From NCBI RefSeq assembly GCF_009914755.1, contig NC_060925.1: 64,000 nt of DNA; one strand, given 5' to 3'. A program made the translations under genes and the position numbers. Origin of the DNA: the human T2T-CHM13v2.0 reference genome, Homo sapiens. Below the pieces are notes generated by a model. The model was not told the DNA's origin, searched no databases, and was given only the letters and a program-made list of their open reading frames with translations. Positions 1 through 17,770 of this stretch are shown here, in pieces; the stretch's first letter is position 1; the number at the start of each line of letters is the position of its first letter.

Positions 1-399
1 AAGCCTGACAACATCCTGTTAACTCACTGAATCTCTCACATGCAAACAAATAAAATCTGGCTCAAACTTTCTGAAAACACAGTCAGCTGGACACCAATCA
101 TTCTCAGACTTCCTCTGCCCACAGCCACAGGAGGGAGGATCCCTTTGCTCCAAGACAGAGATGATCTGTCTGGTTAGGAAGCATAGCCCCTGCTGATGAG
201 CTTCACTGCAAACACTTAGGGCTATCTGACCACAGGTGAGCTGGGCTCTTCCTGTTTGCCAACACTTGTGTCTATCCTTTTTTGACTCCTGATCACCTTT
301 ACTAAGACAGCTTTTGCAAGCCTTTTTCTCCTGCCATTCCAAACCACTTCCCATTATGCCAAGATGCTAACCCTACTTCTTAATCTAGAGAGATCGGGC

Positions 400-662
400 C
401 TTCTTCAGAGAAGCTGCCCTCATTCCCTTACCCTCTAGCCTGGTCCGACGCACCATGTCAGACACTTGCATAGCTCTCTATACTTCTCTTTCATAGTCTG
501 CAGGTATCTATTTGTGTTATTACTTGATTACCATCTGTCCCCCATCCCTATCCACTCAAAGTTCTGTGAGGGCTGGTATAGTGTTTATTAATCTAATCTC
601 TGTAACCAACAAAATGCCTGGCACATAGTATACTCAATAAACACTTGCTGGTTGAATGATGA
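400..662 (+). mobile_element. L2 3' end fragment
   Basis: tgcctggcacatagtatactcaataaacacttgctggttgaatga terminal motif. Confidence 0.7.
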
Positions 663-1472
663 GTATCTATTAAAACTTTTGTTTTTTTAATCTCACATTT
701 TCTCTATCTCCCCTAACTTTTTTTCCTTCCCTCCTTTCTCAAGGGAAGAATTATCTCCCTGTAACTGTGCTTTTGATCCTGCCCCCTCACATATTTGCCA
801 CTAATTTTAGAGAACATACTTGCCTTTTAATAATGTAAAAGGTACCAGGGTCATCATGAATAACAAAAATTATTTACTCCATGTATCAACTGCATACGAA
901 CCTGTGCTAACTATAAGGTGATCCTGACAGAAGCTGGTTTCCTTATGTTTTATCTCACTTAGGGAAAAAACAAAACAGAACTCAGAACATGCAAGTGGCA
1001 TATCTTCCATCTAAAGTTTTGGTTAAGTGGGATTTCCAGTTGGCAAAAAAGGCTATATAATGAAGTTTTTACAGTTCTCCAGTGCATGAGTCAGATCAGT
1101 GGACTTACTTCACATCAATACCATGAATTAGCAGAGCAGATCTGCTTTTACTAAATGCAGTTTCATGGAACAAGACATCTCTTCAATGGACGGTAGCACT
1201 GTAACATCACTTCTTAAACATGAAGACAGTCTACAAAAAGATTTTTTGATCTCTAATTACCGAAGTGTAACACTGGCCTGTATGGACCTCTATATGATAA
1301 TGACTGCTAACACTATTACATAAGCTGTGTGCCAGGTGCCATTCTAAACTCTTTACCTGTATAATCCCAATAATCCTATGAGCTAGGTACTCTTGTTATC
1401 CTAACTTTCCACTAAAGAGGAAACGGAAGCACAGGAGGTTAAGTGATGAGCCCAAGTCACATGGTAACTGGT

Positions 1473-2172
1473 TGTGATACTGTAATAAATGCAAATTCGG
1501 TCTCTGCCCCCTCATTTCTGGCACACAGCTCCTTGATCCCTTGGAATCTCCAGATGAGTATCTTTTGTATGTTAATGGGATAATTGATGGCTGGGGGTTT
1601 CTAGATAGCCTCAGGACGAGGGGCTGGTCCCCAGAGAAACCAACCATGTGATTAGACAGTTGAAGCTTTCAGCCCCCTGCTTAACCCCACCCCAGGGGAA
1701 AGGGGCTGAAGGCTGAGCTGATCACCAATGGCCAACTGATGTGATCAATCATGCCTGCGAAATGAATCCTCCACAAACACCAAAAGGACAGAGTTCAGGA
1801 AGCTTCCAGATAGGTGAACATGTGGAGGTTCCTGGAGGCACCTGAAGAGGGCCTGGAAGTGCTGCACCTTTTCTCCCATACCTTGCATGCATCTCTTCCA
1901 TCTGGTCATTCATCTGTATCCTTTGTAATATCCTTTACAACAAATGGATAAACCTAAGGAAACTGTTTCCCGGAGTTCTGTGAGCTGCTCTTGCAAATTA
2001 AATTAATTCGATCTATGGAGGGGGTCGTGGGAACTCCAATTTATACGTGGTCAGTTGGAAGCGCTGGTCACAACCTAGGGCTTGCAACTGGCATCTGAAG
2101 TGGGGGCAGTCTTGTGGGACTGAGCTCTTAACCTGTGGACCTGATGCTATCTCCAAGTAGACAGTGTCAGAA
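1473..2172 (+). mobile_element. MER21-like LTR inserted into a MIR (MIR halves about 1310-1470 and 2250-2325)
   Basis: Recognisable MER21 blocks (ggctggtccccagagaaaccaaccatgtgattag; tgagctgatcaccaatggcca); MIR core resumes after the LTR. Confidence 0.75.
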
Positions 2173-2545
2173 ATATCATACTGACTTGAGTGTGAGGGTA
2201 GAGACTTAAAAAAAAAAGAAAAAAAGGGTTTTTTTTTTTTCCCTTTACATTGGTGGAGGCAGGACTTGAACACCAGAAATCTGACTCCAGGGTCCACAGT
2301 CATAATCATTACACTATGCTGCCTTTATATATATATATACATTTATAGTACAGGATTTGTCACACACTGTATAAGAATTTGGCTACTGTACCTTAAGTTA
2401 CTGGGCAAATACTTTAAACATGTCATGGTACAAGTAAGAGCAACAAACATTAATCGATTATAAAATGTTTCATCTACATACTGGAAACAACTGGAGAAAA
2501 ACTTGTCCATTTGTCTATTTATCCCGAATGGCACAGACACCACAG

Positions 2546-2555
2546 AAAAGGATAT
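2546..2555 (-). other. STX6: U12-type (minor spliceosome) AT-AC 5' splice site of STX6 intron 2
   Basis: Minus strand ...ACC ATC A|ATATCCTTTT matches the U12 consensus RTATCCTT; no GT donor at the exon end. Confidence 0.92.
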
Positions 2556-2725
2556 TGATGGTTTCATCAAGGTCCTCTAGATCCCACTCTATGCTCCGGA
2601 GGTTATTTCTCAGCTCGTTGGTGGTCCAGTCGATTTCTTCCCTTGTTGCTGTGGAGGGGTCCTGGAGGAGCTCTGTCCATCTCTGAAACAATCCCTGGGC
2701 AGTGTTGACTGCTTTCTGTACCTCT
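2556..2725 (-). CDS. STX6: Syntaxin 6 coding exon 2 (N-terminal helical domain, 170 nt); gene continues off the left edge
   Basis: Acceptor tacag|A GAG GTA CAG completes the phase-2 Gly from exon 1 and gives [56 protein letters not shown]; exon is followed by ATATCCTTTT. Confidence 0.96.
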
Positions 2726-3298
2726 CTGTAATCAAGATGAGGCAAAGGAGAGAAATCACAGACAACATTCCATGGTCAAGTTACTGCATGATTTAGGTTA
2801 ACATTTATGATCATACACCATCCTCAGCAACCACCATTCCCACAGAAGGCTCTTCACAGACAAATATCAAAGTTCAAAACTTTGATACACAGTCTGAGTA
2901 TTATGTTCTCAGCTGATGCTTGGAATACAATAGCCATTATTTAAGCAGCTACAATATCAAGTTTGTTGGGGAAGGACAAATTTAATATTTTTCTCTGAAC
3001 AGACTATACGTAAAAGTATAATGAAGCAATCCTACAAATTAACTAAAGGGCAATGAGCATTCCCACATGCTTCCACTTGGTGTGACAGTATTAATAATTT
3101 ATACTCAGATGATAAGTCCTAATATGGCCTTTCTTTTCTTGGTGTGGGAGGAATGAGAATGCTGGAGGGAAGGTTACTCTTACATAGCTACCATTTTATT
3201 ATAGGTTAAGTATTTTAATCCGAGAAATTCTTAAACCCAAAATCTCATTCAATTTCCAAACATTATTAGCTTTAAATATACCTACTTTCCTTAATTAA

Positions 3299-3628
<330 letters not shown>

Positions 3629-4368
3629 TAGTGTTTTTCTTGTTTAGAGAATGAGACTAGGCCATTAAGTGCTATGATCTAGCATGCCTTTAGATTAGAT
3701 ATAGTCACAAGATTTTAAGAACTTTTACCCCCACCATTGGGCCAATATCCACTATTTAAATGTTATAATCTAATACTATCACATATAAAAGCCAAAAAGG
3801 AGTCATTTTATAATCATATGGTCTCTCATGTTCAAAGATGATAATCCCACTGCTCCTGAACTATAAGAACTGTTTTGATCCTTCTATGATTTCTTCTGGA
3901 ACAAAGACCACAAAAACGTGTTCTAGCTGATTAGGGTGTTTGTTGTCTATGGCTTTAAAACAGAATTCACACGCATCCTATACCCTCTGATGTTTCAAGT
4001 ATTGGAAAAAAGAAAGCGCTAACAAAAATGAAAAAAAGCACCTTACAATATTTAGGTCTATGGCATACTGATGAGAGCTAAGAGGCGGAACGTTAAACAG
4101 AGAATACAGCTTCTAGGTGCAGGCTGAGTAAATAAGCAAACTATATGGACAACAAATCTACCAACGTCTATTCATCTAGTTTAAGGCTTAGGCAAGTCAC
4201 CTCATTGTTCCTTTCATGTCAGCCTTTAGACTTTCAGTGCTAATGAGAAACCCTATTTAAGATAAAATGGGGAAGAATTAAGTGAGGTGAAAATCTACTT
4301 TCTTTACTCTTTATGGGATCTGGGTGATTTAGTGGAGAAAGAGCTATGTATCATTCCTTAATGCAAAG

Positions 4369-4705
4369 TAAGTCATCCTTTGGTATCCTTAGGGGATTGG
4401 TTCCAGGACCTCCACAGGATACCAAATCTGCAGATGCTGAAGTCCTTACATAAAGTGGCATAGTATTTGCATATAACCTACGCACATCCTCCTACATACT
4501 TTAAATCATCTCTAGATTATTTATAATACCTAATGTAATTTAAATGCTATGTAAATTGCTGTTATACTGTATTGTTTAGGGAACAAGAAAAAAAAGTCTG
4601 TACATGTTCAGTAGGGATGCAACCATTCTTTTTTTACTGAATACATTCAATCCTGAGTTGGCTGAATCCACAGATTTGGAACCCACAGAGATGGAGGGCT
4701 GATTG
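4369..4705 (+). mobile_element. MER2 (TcMar-Tigger) DNA transposon fossil
   Basis: ggggattggttccaggacc...gtatttgcatataacctacgcacatcc...atggagggctgattg with degenerate TIRs. Confidence 0.85.
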
Positions 4706-5556
4706 CATTGGTTTATTTGTAAGTACTGAGTATCATTTATGATAATGGAAGACAGAGTTGAAGAGGTTATCTGTAAAGACATCTTTTAAAGAATATAAAA
4801 TATATCAATTCTGTAAAGTAAATATGAATTCCTTCTTGAGAACTAGAAGCCTCAAACCAAGAAGCCTTGGGCTAGGGCTTAGGTTTGTTCTCCACCACCA
4901 GTACACAATGATGATGCTGGAATTAAATTCTAAGTAGCAATCTATGAACTTTTTTGGTCTCAGGAGACTCCTTTGAACTCTTCAAAATTACTGAAGACCC
5001 CGAAGAGCTCAGAGTTATGTATACTATGTATCTAATCTATTTACTATATTAGGAATTCAAACAGACATTTTAAAAATATTTGTCAACTTTAAAATGTGAG
5101 CTTACATGTTAACAATGTTTTTATTTTAAAAATTCTAAAACAAAAAAAATGTAGTGAGAATGGCATTGTTTTGCATTTGTGCAAATCTCTTCAATAAATG
5201 TGGATTCTCATATCCACTTCTACCATCAGTCTGTGGACATACATTTTGGTAGAAGCATATGATGAGAATCCAGCCTCATACAGATACATACTTGGAAAAG
5301 GGAGGAGAATTTTAATAGTCTTTTCGGACAATTGTGGATGTACTTTTTTGATAGTATACCAAAACTTGACAACTGGCTGTTAAAGGTTAGCTGCAATGTG
5401 GATCCTAAAACTGTATTAAAGAACTTTTTAGATTTTCTTATTTTACAGTAATAATTTTCTTGTTTTTCTTAGCTTACCAAGTAAAATGGGAAGGAGTATC
5501 TCAGTCATTAGGGCGCTTTGTTTCCCTTATACTACGATCCATTGGTCAATCTTGTA

Positions 5557-5769
5557 CAGGCTGAGATTCCGTTATCCAAAATGCTTGGGACCAGAAATGT
5601 TTGGGATTTTTTCAGATTTAGAATATTGGCATTGTACTTACCAGTTGAGCACCCCAATCTGAAAATCCAAAATCCAAAATGCCCCCAGTGAGCATTTCTT
5701 TTGAGCATCTTGTTGGTGCTTAAAAAGTTTTGGATTTTGGAACATTTCACATTTGAGATGCTCAACCTG
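5557..5769. mobile_element. Tigger4a/MER46-like MITE
   Basis: TIRs caggctgag...ctcaacctg flanked by TA; internal aaatccaaaat/attttggattt inverted blocks. Confidence 0.8.
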
Positions 5770-6344
5770 TAATTTGGATCTTTTACTTTTGGATGATTTT
5801 ATAACATCAAATACTGGTCATTAGGAAAGTATTAGTCTACTGAGTATTGCAGAACCTCCAAATGCCAGCTCATTTCAATACACAGTATCCAAAATCATAT
5901 TTGTTATTATCACCACCAGTTTCATCAGAAAAACTTAAGTGTTGGAAATCTGTAAGAGCATAGTAGTTGATATAAGCTTTCCAAAATTGTTTTTTTTTTT
6001 TTTTTTTTTTTTTTAAACAAAAGGCTCTAATTTTATCACTGGTAAAAATACTGTCATTTATTTTCCATGAAGTGACAGGTTCACCTCACTCATTTGTGAG
6101 AAAATATCTCGAGAATTTTTTAGATAAATTTGAGATTTGAGAAAGCCTGCAAGTCTGAGAAACCAGTTTGTCATTCTCTCCAGTAAAAATGAGATTTTGC
6201 TCGGGGCGGGGGGAAAACAGCTATTTCAACTCACAACTCAATCACATAAGTGCTTTTCCTAGAGACAACCATTTTATTTAACAATACATCACAAAAATGC
6301 TTCACGCAAACTTCCATTTTGCCAGTGGAATATTAAAATATATA

Positions 6345-7505
<1,161 letters not shown>

Positions 7506-7568
7506 ATGAGAAAAATTATACTTGAGGGTCAAGATTTTATAAAATTATTAATTTTTACTGTTTCATGA

Positions 7569-7867
<299 letters not shown>

Positions 7868-9908
7868 TCATGAAGAATATTCTTAGGGGAATATGACTCT
7901 TTTTTTTCTTTTTTTTTACTGTTAGTACAAGCTGATGAGGAATACCACAGAAAGCATGGCACGACACCACTGCCTTGATTTTTGGTAAGGCACCAGGAGT
8001 TTTAGCCACCACAGCTTTTTTTGGCACCATCAGTGCAAATGTCAACATGGTGAAAAAGGCAGATAATATCTGAATATTATCATGAAAAGAGTTTTGAGCT
8101 AGTGGATCTTTCTGTGAAAGGATCTTGGGGATCCCTTGTGATTTACAGGCCATGCTTTCAGAACTACAATGTCTTAAGACACTGTTAGACTGAAGTTGAG
8201 GAGTGTGCATGGGTGGATTCTAGTAGCACTGAGTGTGAAGCCAAGGAATCCTTAAGTATGCAAGAAGCAAAGCATGTCCTGAGGAAAAAAATGAAAGAAA
8301 TGGCAGGAATTAGAAAAATGCTACAAAGCAGTTGCAGAATAAAGCTCAGCACCCTACAGGCCTGACCAGCAACTTGGCTTATTCCATTCTAAAGCTCTTA
8401 TTTTTAAAAAGAGGATTCATGTTTAGTTTTCATTTAGTAACACAGACATAAGAAAGGTAAACTAGTCGTTATTTTACATTTTTAAGATGGATGTTTTAAG
8501 GGATCACAAAGGTGGAAACTGCCAGCAATGGCTCAGATCTTGAAAGACAGCCAGAATCTGCAGTGTATCAGGGAATCCCATCTCAATAGCAAGCAAAGAG
8601 GTCTCTCTAAGTGGAAAACCTCCCAACTGTTCTTCCAATATCATTTCAGTGTTAGCCTGAAAAAGAAGGCATGAACTGGAAGCAGAAAACAATGTTGGTC
8701 ACAAGTCTTATTTGGAAGCCAACTATTAATGGTAACCAGAATTTTCTAAAGCATGTGGGATTTCTAACAGCTTCAAGAGCCACAAGACACACCTAATAAT
8801 GTACAAATCTAACCAGGGAGACAACCCTCTCAATCCAGAACCACTTGTAAGTACTTGCAACTAAAAACTGAAGATTACTTGGCATTCCAAGTAAGTCAAT
8901 TCATAAAACAGTAACATATAATCATGTCACCTATTTGAGATTTGTGAGGGTTTTTATAAGAGAAGTGCCCATCTACTTGATTTCACATTTCTTTCTCAGG
9001 AAAGGCAAGGGAGTTGTTTCAGTATCAGTTGGCTAGTGAGGCATGACCCACAAATGTCTACCCACCACTGTTGTCCGTTCTACACAACTAGCCCGTGTGA
9101 GCACTTCACTTTGGGAGGAGCACTTCACTTTGAGGAGCACTTCCCGTTGAGTGAGCAGATACAACTGCTGACTGCTCAGGCAACAGAGATCCATTTTTGT
9201 CTGTCTCCAGAAAGGTGACAATCACAGATAGTGCTTCTTTATCCCTTATCTTTATGTCTGATTTAGCTATTTTTTTCCTCAACTATGTAATCAGAAAAAT
9301 TAAAGTTTGATACCCAGAACTTTCCATGAGAGAGTATATACCATGAAGCAGTATATACCTTGAAGCAGGTATACCTTGAATTGTCAGAGTTCTTCAGCTT
9401 AGCAAACTTCTTGGTAAATAACAATCTGCTCACCCACAGCTTGGAGAATCACATCTGGCAGCATTTCACTGAAAACTTGCTGATGACTTTCCTAGGAATT
9501 ATAGTTTTAGCTGCTGACCCAGAGAAGCCTTTTTCAAATCCTTGAAAGAGAAAGACGGCTATCTCCACACATCAAGCAAATCTTGCGCTATCCGTCACAC
9601 ATGCTGACCAAATCAGTTTCATCTGATACAGGTAGCATTTCGTAGATACCAAGAGCCAGTGTTGGCAATTCTAGGGATGTGGCTTTTCCTCCCTGCTGTC
9701 TACAAAACAGCCCATCAAAATCATGGAACCTGTCATCTTCTCAAGGATTAAACTCCCTACAGACACCAGAATGAAGGCTCTTCATGGCAAGTCACCACAA
9801 TGCCCACAGGACCACTTGCAATGCAGAACTTTCCCAGTAAGTAGCTGTCAAAAATGGAAACACTGCCCACATCTTTGAAGAATGCATCTTTTGGGAAAAA
9901 CAAAATAA

Positions 9909-10316
<408 letters not shown>

Positions 10317-10604
10317 TGATCCCTCGTCAGATAGTTGAGCCTCTTCCATACAACCTCCCAATATGGTACATCACCAAACTAGCCTCTGGGGCCACAAGTA
10401 ATACATTCAGTCCAAATACAGTCCAAAAAAAAAAAAAAATCACAAAGTTTTCTTACTTGCATCTAACCAAGTTTGCCAAGTAAAATGAGAAGAAAGAGTA
10501 TCTCAGCCATTAGGGAGCTTTGTTCCCCAGTATTTGTCATTCAGTTGTACCAACAAATTGCGTAAGTGTAGCCACAACCCCCATCATCCTTTTTCCTGTT
10601 GTGG

Positions 10605-10857
<253 letters not shown>

Positions 10858-10904
10858 TGATTTATCCTTTCTTCTTTGCCCATGCTGGCAGACTCTGAAT
10901 TGGC

Positions 10905-11808
<904 letters not shown>

Positions 11809-12937
11809 TCATCAATACAGTAAAAGAGGCTAGTCAAGGCTGAAAGTTTCCATTCTAGTAATGAAACATGAAAAATTCAGGTTGAGTGAGCCTCTGCAAC
11901 ACATCAGACTCCCACTCCTCACTCTTCTCCAACTGGTTCCTGCCCCATACCCCACAAACCTGGTTTCACCACTCATCTCTCCAGAAAGAGAGGAACTCTT
12001 TTTATTGCTTGACTTCTACATTCACATCGTTTGTATTTGAAAGGAAACACATGCACACCCTTTACTTGACTTTATTGCCATTTCCAAATTCAACCACACT
12101 GTGACATATTTTGTAATTACTCTTGTGAAAATGAAACATCATTTTTACTCAGTTACCTACAATTATATACAATTTTTGACCCTAACTTACTGCTGCTTCC
12201 ACAACTCCACCAATGACACTGCAGGTCAAAGTCACGAGTGAATTTAACTTGTCCTCATTTTTGGTGCACTTGACACTATGGCCCATTATATCTATTTGCT
12301 TGAAACTCTCACTTTCTCTGTCTCTGTGACATTGTGCTGTTCTAGTTTTCTACCAGTTTTCTCCTTCCTCTTCCTCCACTGGATCCCAATGTTTCTCAGT
12401 ACTCTTTGTGGCCTCTATGTGCTCATCAGCATTCACAAGTTCAAAGCACCCCTCTTAAGCTGATGACTCCCCCACTATACTTCCAACCCTAACCACTCAG
12501 CCAGGCTTAATTCCTATATTTTTAGCTGCCTATAGGATCATTCCATTTGCCTAAAACCAAATTAATCATATCCTCCCTACAAAACATAATGTATTCAAAA
12601 CAAACAAAATAGAAAAATCTGCTTCCCTTTCTAGCTTCCTCATTTTAGCCAATAGTGCCACCATTTTCCAAGTTTCAACACTTGTCTAGACAAGAGTCAT
12701 TTTTGACTCCTCCTCCTCCTTACCTTGCACAACCTCTACTTAAATCCAATCACTGAATTTTCAGATCTGGAAAGAACTTTCAAGATAATCTAGTTTGTGC
12801 TCCTTAAACATAAATAAGAGACCTTGGGGCTCAGACATATTGGCTGCTTGCCTCAAGTTCTTCCAACCCTGATTATAAGACACTTTCTATTACCAAGACT
12901 TATTTAATTGCATTTTTCCAAAACTTCCACACAAATC

Positions 12938-13226
12938 TTTTTTTTTTTTTTTGAGAGGGAGTTTTGCACTGTCACCAGGGCTGGAGTGCAGTGGCGTGAT
13001 CTCAGCTCACTGCAAAAGAGGGTTCAAGCAATTCTCCTGCCTCAGCCTCCCAAGTAGCTGGGACTACAGGTGCCCACCACCACACCCAGCTAATTTTTTG
13101 TATCTTTGGTAGAGATGGGGTTTCACCATGTTGGCCAGGCTGGTCTCGAATTCCTGACCTCATGATTCGCCTGCCTTGGCCTCCCAAAGTGCTGGGATTA
13201 CAGGCATGAGCCATCGCACCTGGCCC
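12938..13226 (-). mobile_element. Alu (AluS)
   Basis: Full Alu; TSD cacaaatct. Confidence 0.95.
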
Positions 13227-14072
13227 ACAAATCTGTTTTCTTTGTAGAATCAGAAGATCTGGGTTTGAACCCTTAAAAGCTGACTATAAGCAAGTGAATA
13301 GTAACTGCTAGTTTAAAAACTGCCTCCTGATTTAGAATTTATGATAGAAATCAGATTAAATTTAAACTCCTCAGGCAGGTATTCAAACCCTCTCCCACTC
13401 CTCCTCCTAACCCAAACTGGCTGACTTTAGTATCAAGCATGGTTTCTCACTGAACAAATTCTGTTTCAGTTGGCAGGTCTTCTTCCCATCTTTATCTTTC
13501 TCATTCCTGGTTCTTGACTTCCACTCAGTTGTTTCCCCAGCCTAGAAGAGCCTTACACCTCAGCAGACACTTCCTTTAAGGCCCAGATTGACCAGCATTC
13601 CCAGCATGGGTCTTTCTTTTTTTTTCAATCTCCACAGCATCTCAACTCTACTGCAAAATCTTACACAATATATCTTTCACTTATCTGCATAGTGTTCTCC
13701 AAACTAAGGAGCTAAATAATATTAAACACTCAAATTTATAATAAAGGCTTGCAAATTTGTTCTTACAACGAAACACTGGATTCTGCTTTTTAGAAAGTAT
13801 TAAATTTGATTTACATTCAATTTTACTAGGCCAAAATTAACAAACAAGGGTTATTTTTTTCACAGTGACTATACCAATACAGTTTTTCAACAGTGAATAG
13901 AATGCGTGATGCCCTCGAGGAGCTCATAATCTAGTGTTAATAAAGCTAGATATGCAGACAGAGAAGGTTAAAGAACACAACATAACATATACCATCTTAC
14001 TCATCAGCTTACTTATGTCATTATTTCAACATCAATCCACAGCCAAAAACCTGGAAATAAAACTGTTATCAT

Positions 14073-14757
<685 letters not shown>

Positions 14758-15369
14758 TTATCCACAGGAGTGGCTCACTTATACTCTGTCTCCACATGCT
14801 CAGTTACATGGTTTTCTTCAGGGTTTGTCTGATTAGAAGGTGCAAATTCTAAAAGGAGGCTAATTCTAAAAACTTGCCAACAAGGGAGGAAAAAAACTAC
14901 AGAACTAAACAATCAAAATGGGTTCACTCAACAAACACTGAGTACATCCTTACTGAATACAAAGATGAAGACTACAAGATTTAAATATGATATTTTCACC
15001 CGGAGATTAGTAAAGATTTTTTTAATGAAAATCCCAGTACTGGAATCAAGGGAATTGGGTCCCTCAAACACTTTGAGGGGCAAGGGGGAATATTCTGGAG
15101 GACAACGTGGTAGTATGCATCAAACGCTTTGCTGTGCCTGCCCTCTGAATTAGCAATTATGCTCCAGGAATACAGGCTATGAAAATCAGAAGCAGCAATA
15201 CAGACCTATGACAAGTAGGCTTATCACCACATTAATTGTAGTGTGATCATAAATATAATGTATCTTCCAGGATGAACATTTATATGACAAAATACAATGC
15301 AGTCATTAAAAGCTGCCACCCAGAAGTCTGAAGGATATAAAGAAATACAGATGAAAACGTCATAAAACA

Positions 15370-15741
<372 letters not shown>

Positions 15742-16992
15742 TTATATATATAATATATATTTGTAATAAATATATAAATCCTGGCCCTTCTACGTACAAG
15801 CTTATAAAGTTGAAGTTTTTTACTAAGTTTCATTTTCCTTTTTGTGAAATGATGACAATAATAATACCTACTTCATAAGGATAAAAGAGCAATCCCTGTT
15901 GTGGGATTCTGTTCCGAACAGGACATTGACAATGTCAAAACCTCCCAAAAGGAGCTTCAAACTTCCAAGCACTAACCACTGCATGTATAAGTTACAACAG
16001 CTTTCTAACTGGTCTCCTTTTTCATCTTTCCTCACACTGATGCATCCAACACTACCACCAAATCAATATTCCTAAAATCCTAATTTCATGTCATTTCCTT
16101 GCTTTAAAAATCTGTAATGGCCTCAAGATGAGATTCTCCTTAGGCCAACATAACTTGACCCTATTTTACCTGCACTGGGAAGTATTGACAGTAGTGTGAA
16201 ATCAGGTTGTTCTAATTTGAAGCCTGAGTACACCACTTATTAGCTGTGTGACCCTAGGCAAGTAAGTTAACCCCTCTAACACTTCCTCAGCTTCTCATCT
16301 CTAAAATGTGGCTAGTATTCATCATATGGGTGTTTTTACAGAGTGAAAATTCATATAAAGTGCTTACTTAGCACTTTACATGTATGCCTGGCACTGGAGA
16401 TGCATCCTTTAAATGTGAGCTGTTACTACTTCCCTAAACTGTCTACTCCACCTGGGCTGCTCTTCCAGATCATTTCTAACACACATTGCCCAACTTAGGC
16501 CTTTGGCTGGTGGTGTTCTCATCCATGAGGCACCATTCCATCACAATCACCACCATCAACAAAGAGTATGTGTTCAACATTTACACTATATATTCAAGGT
16601 GTAGGCTGGAAATACAGAGGAAAAAAAAAAAAAAAACAGTCCCAAACCTCAGAGCTCATAGTCTAATAATGAAAGAGAGACAGAGGAAGAGGTCCAATAA
16701 TTAGGGGTGACAAAGGAAGCACTTCCTGGAGGCAAGGGAGATGCTTACACTGACTCCAGAAAGCTGCGTGGGTGAATCAGGCAGTGTGGGTGCATGTAGA
16801 GTAAGAGCATCCAGTACAGCAATCACAGTCACTGTATTGAGTCTGGCACTGCTGGAGTACTAAGGCTAAGGGAGAGCAGAGGCTAGATCAGTGAGGTCAG
16901 GAAGTGTTGGCACTTTATTCTGCAGGCCAGCAGCAGCCACTGAATAATATTAAGTAGGGTACACCTGTCTAGGACTCTAGAAAAGCTTACAC

Positions 16993-17770
<778 letters not shown>

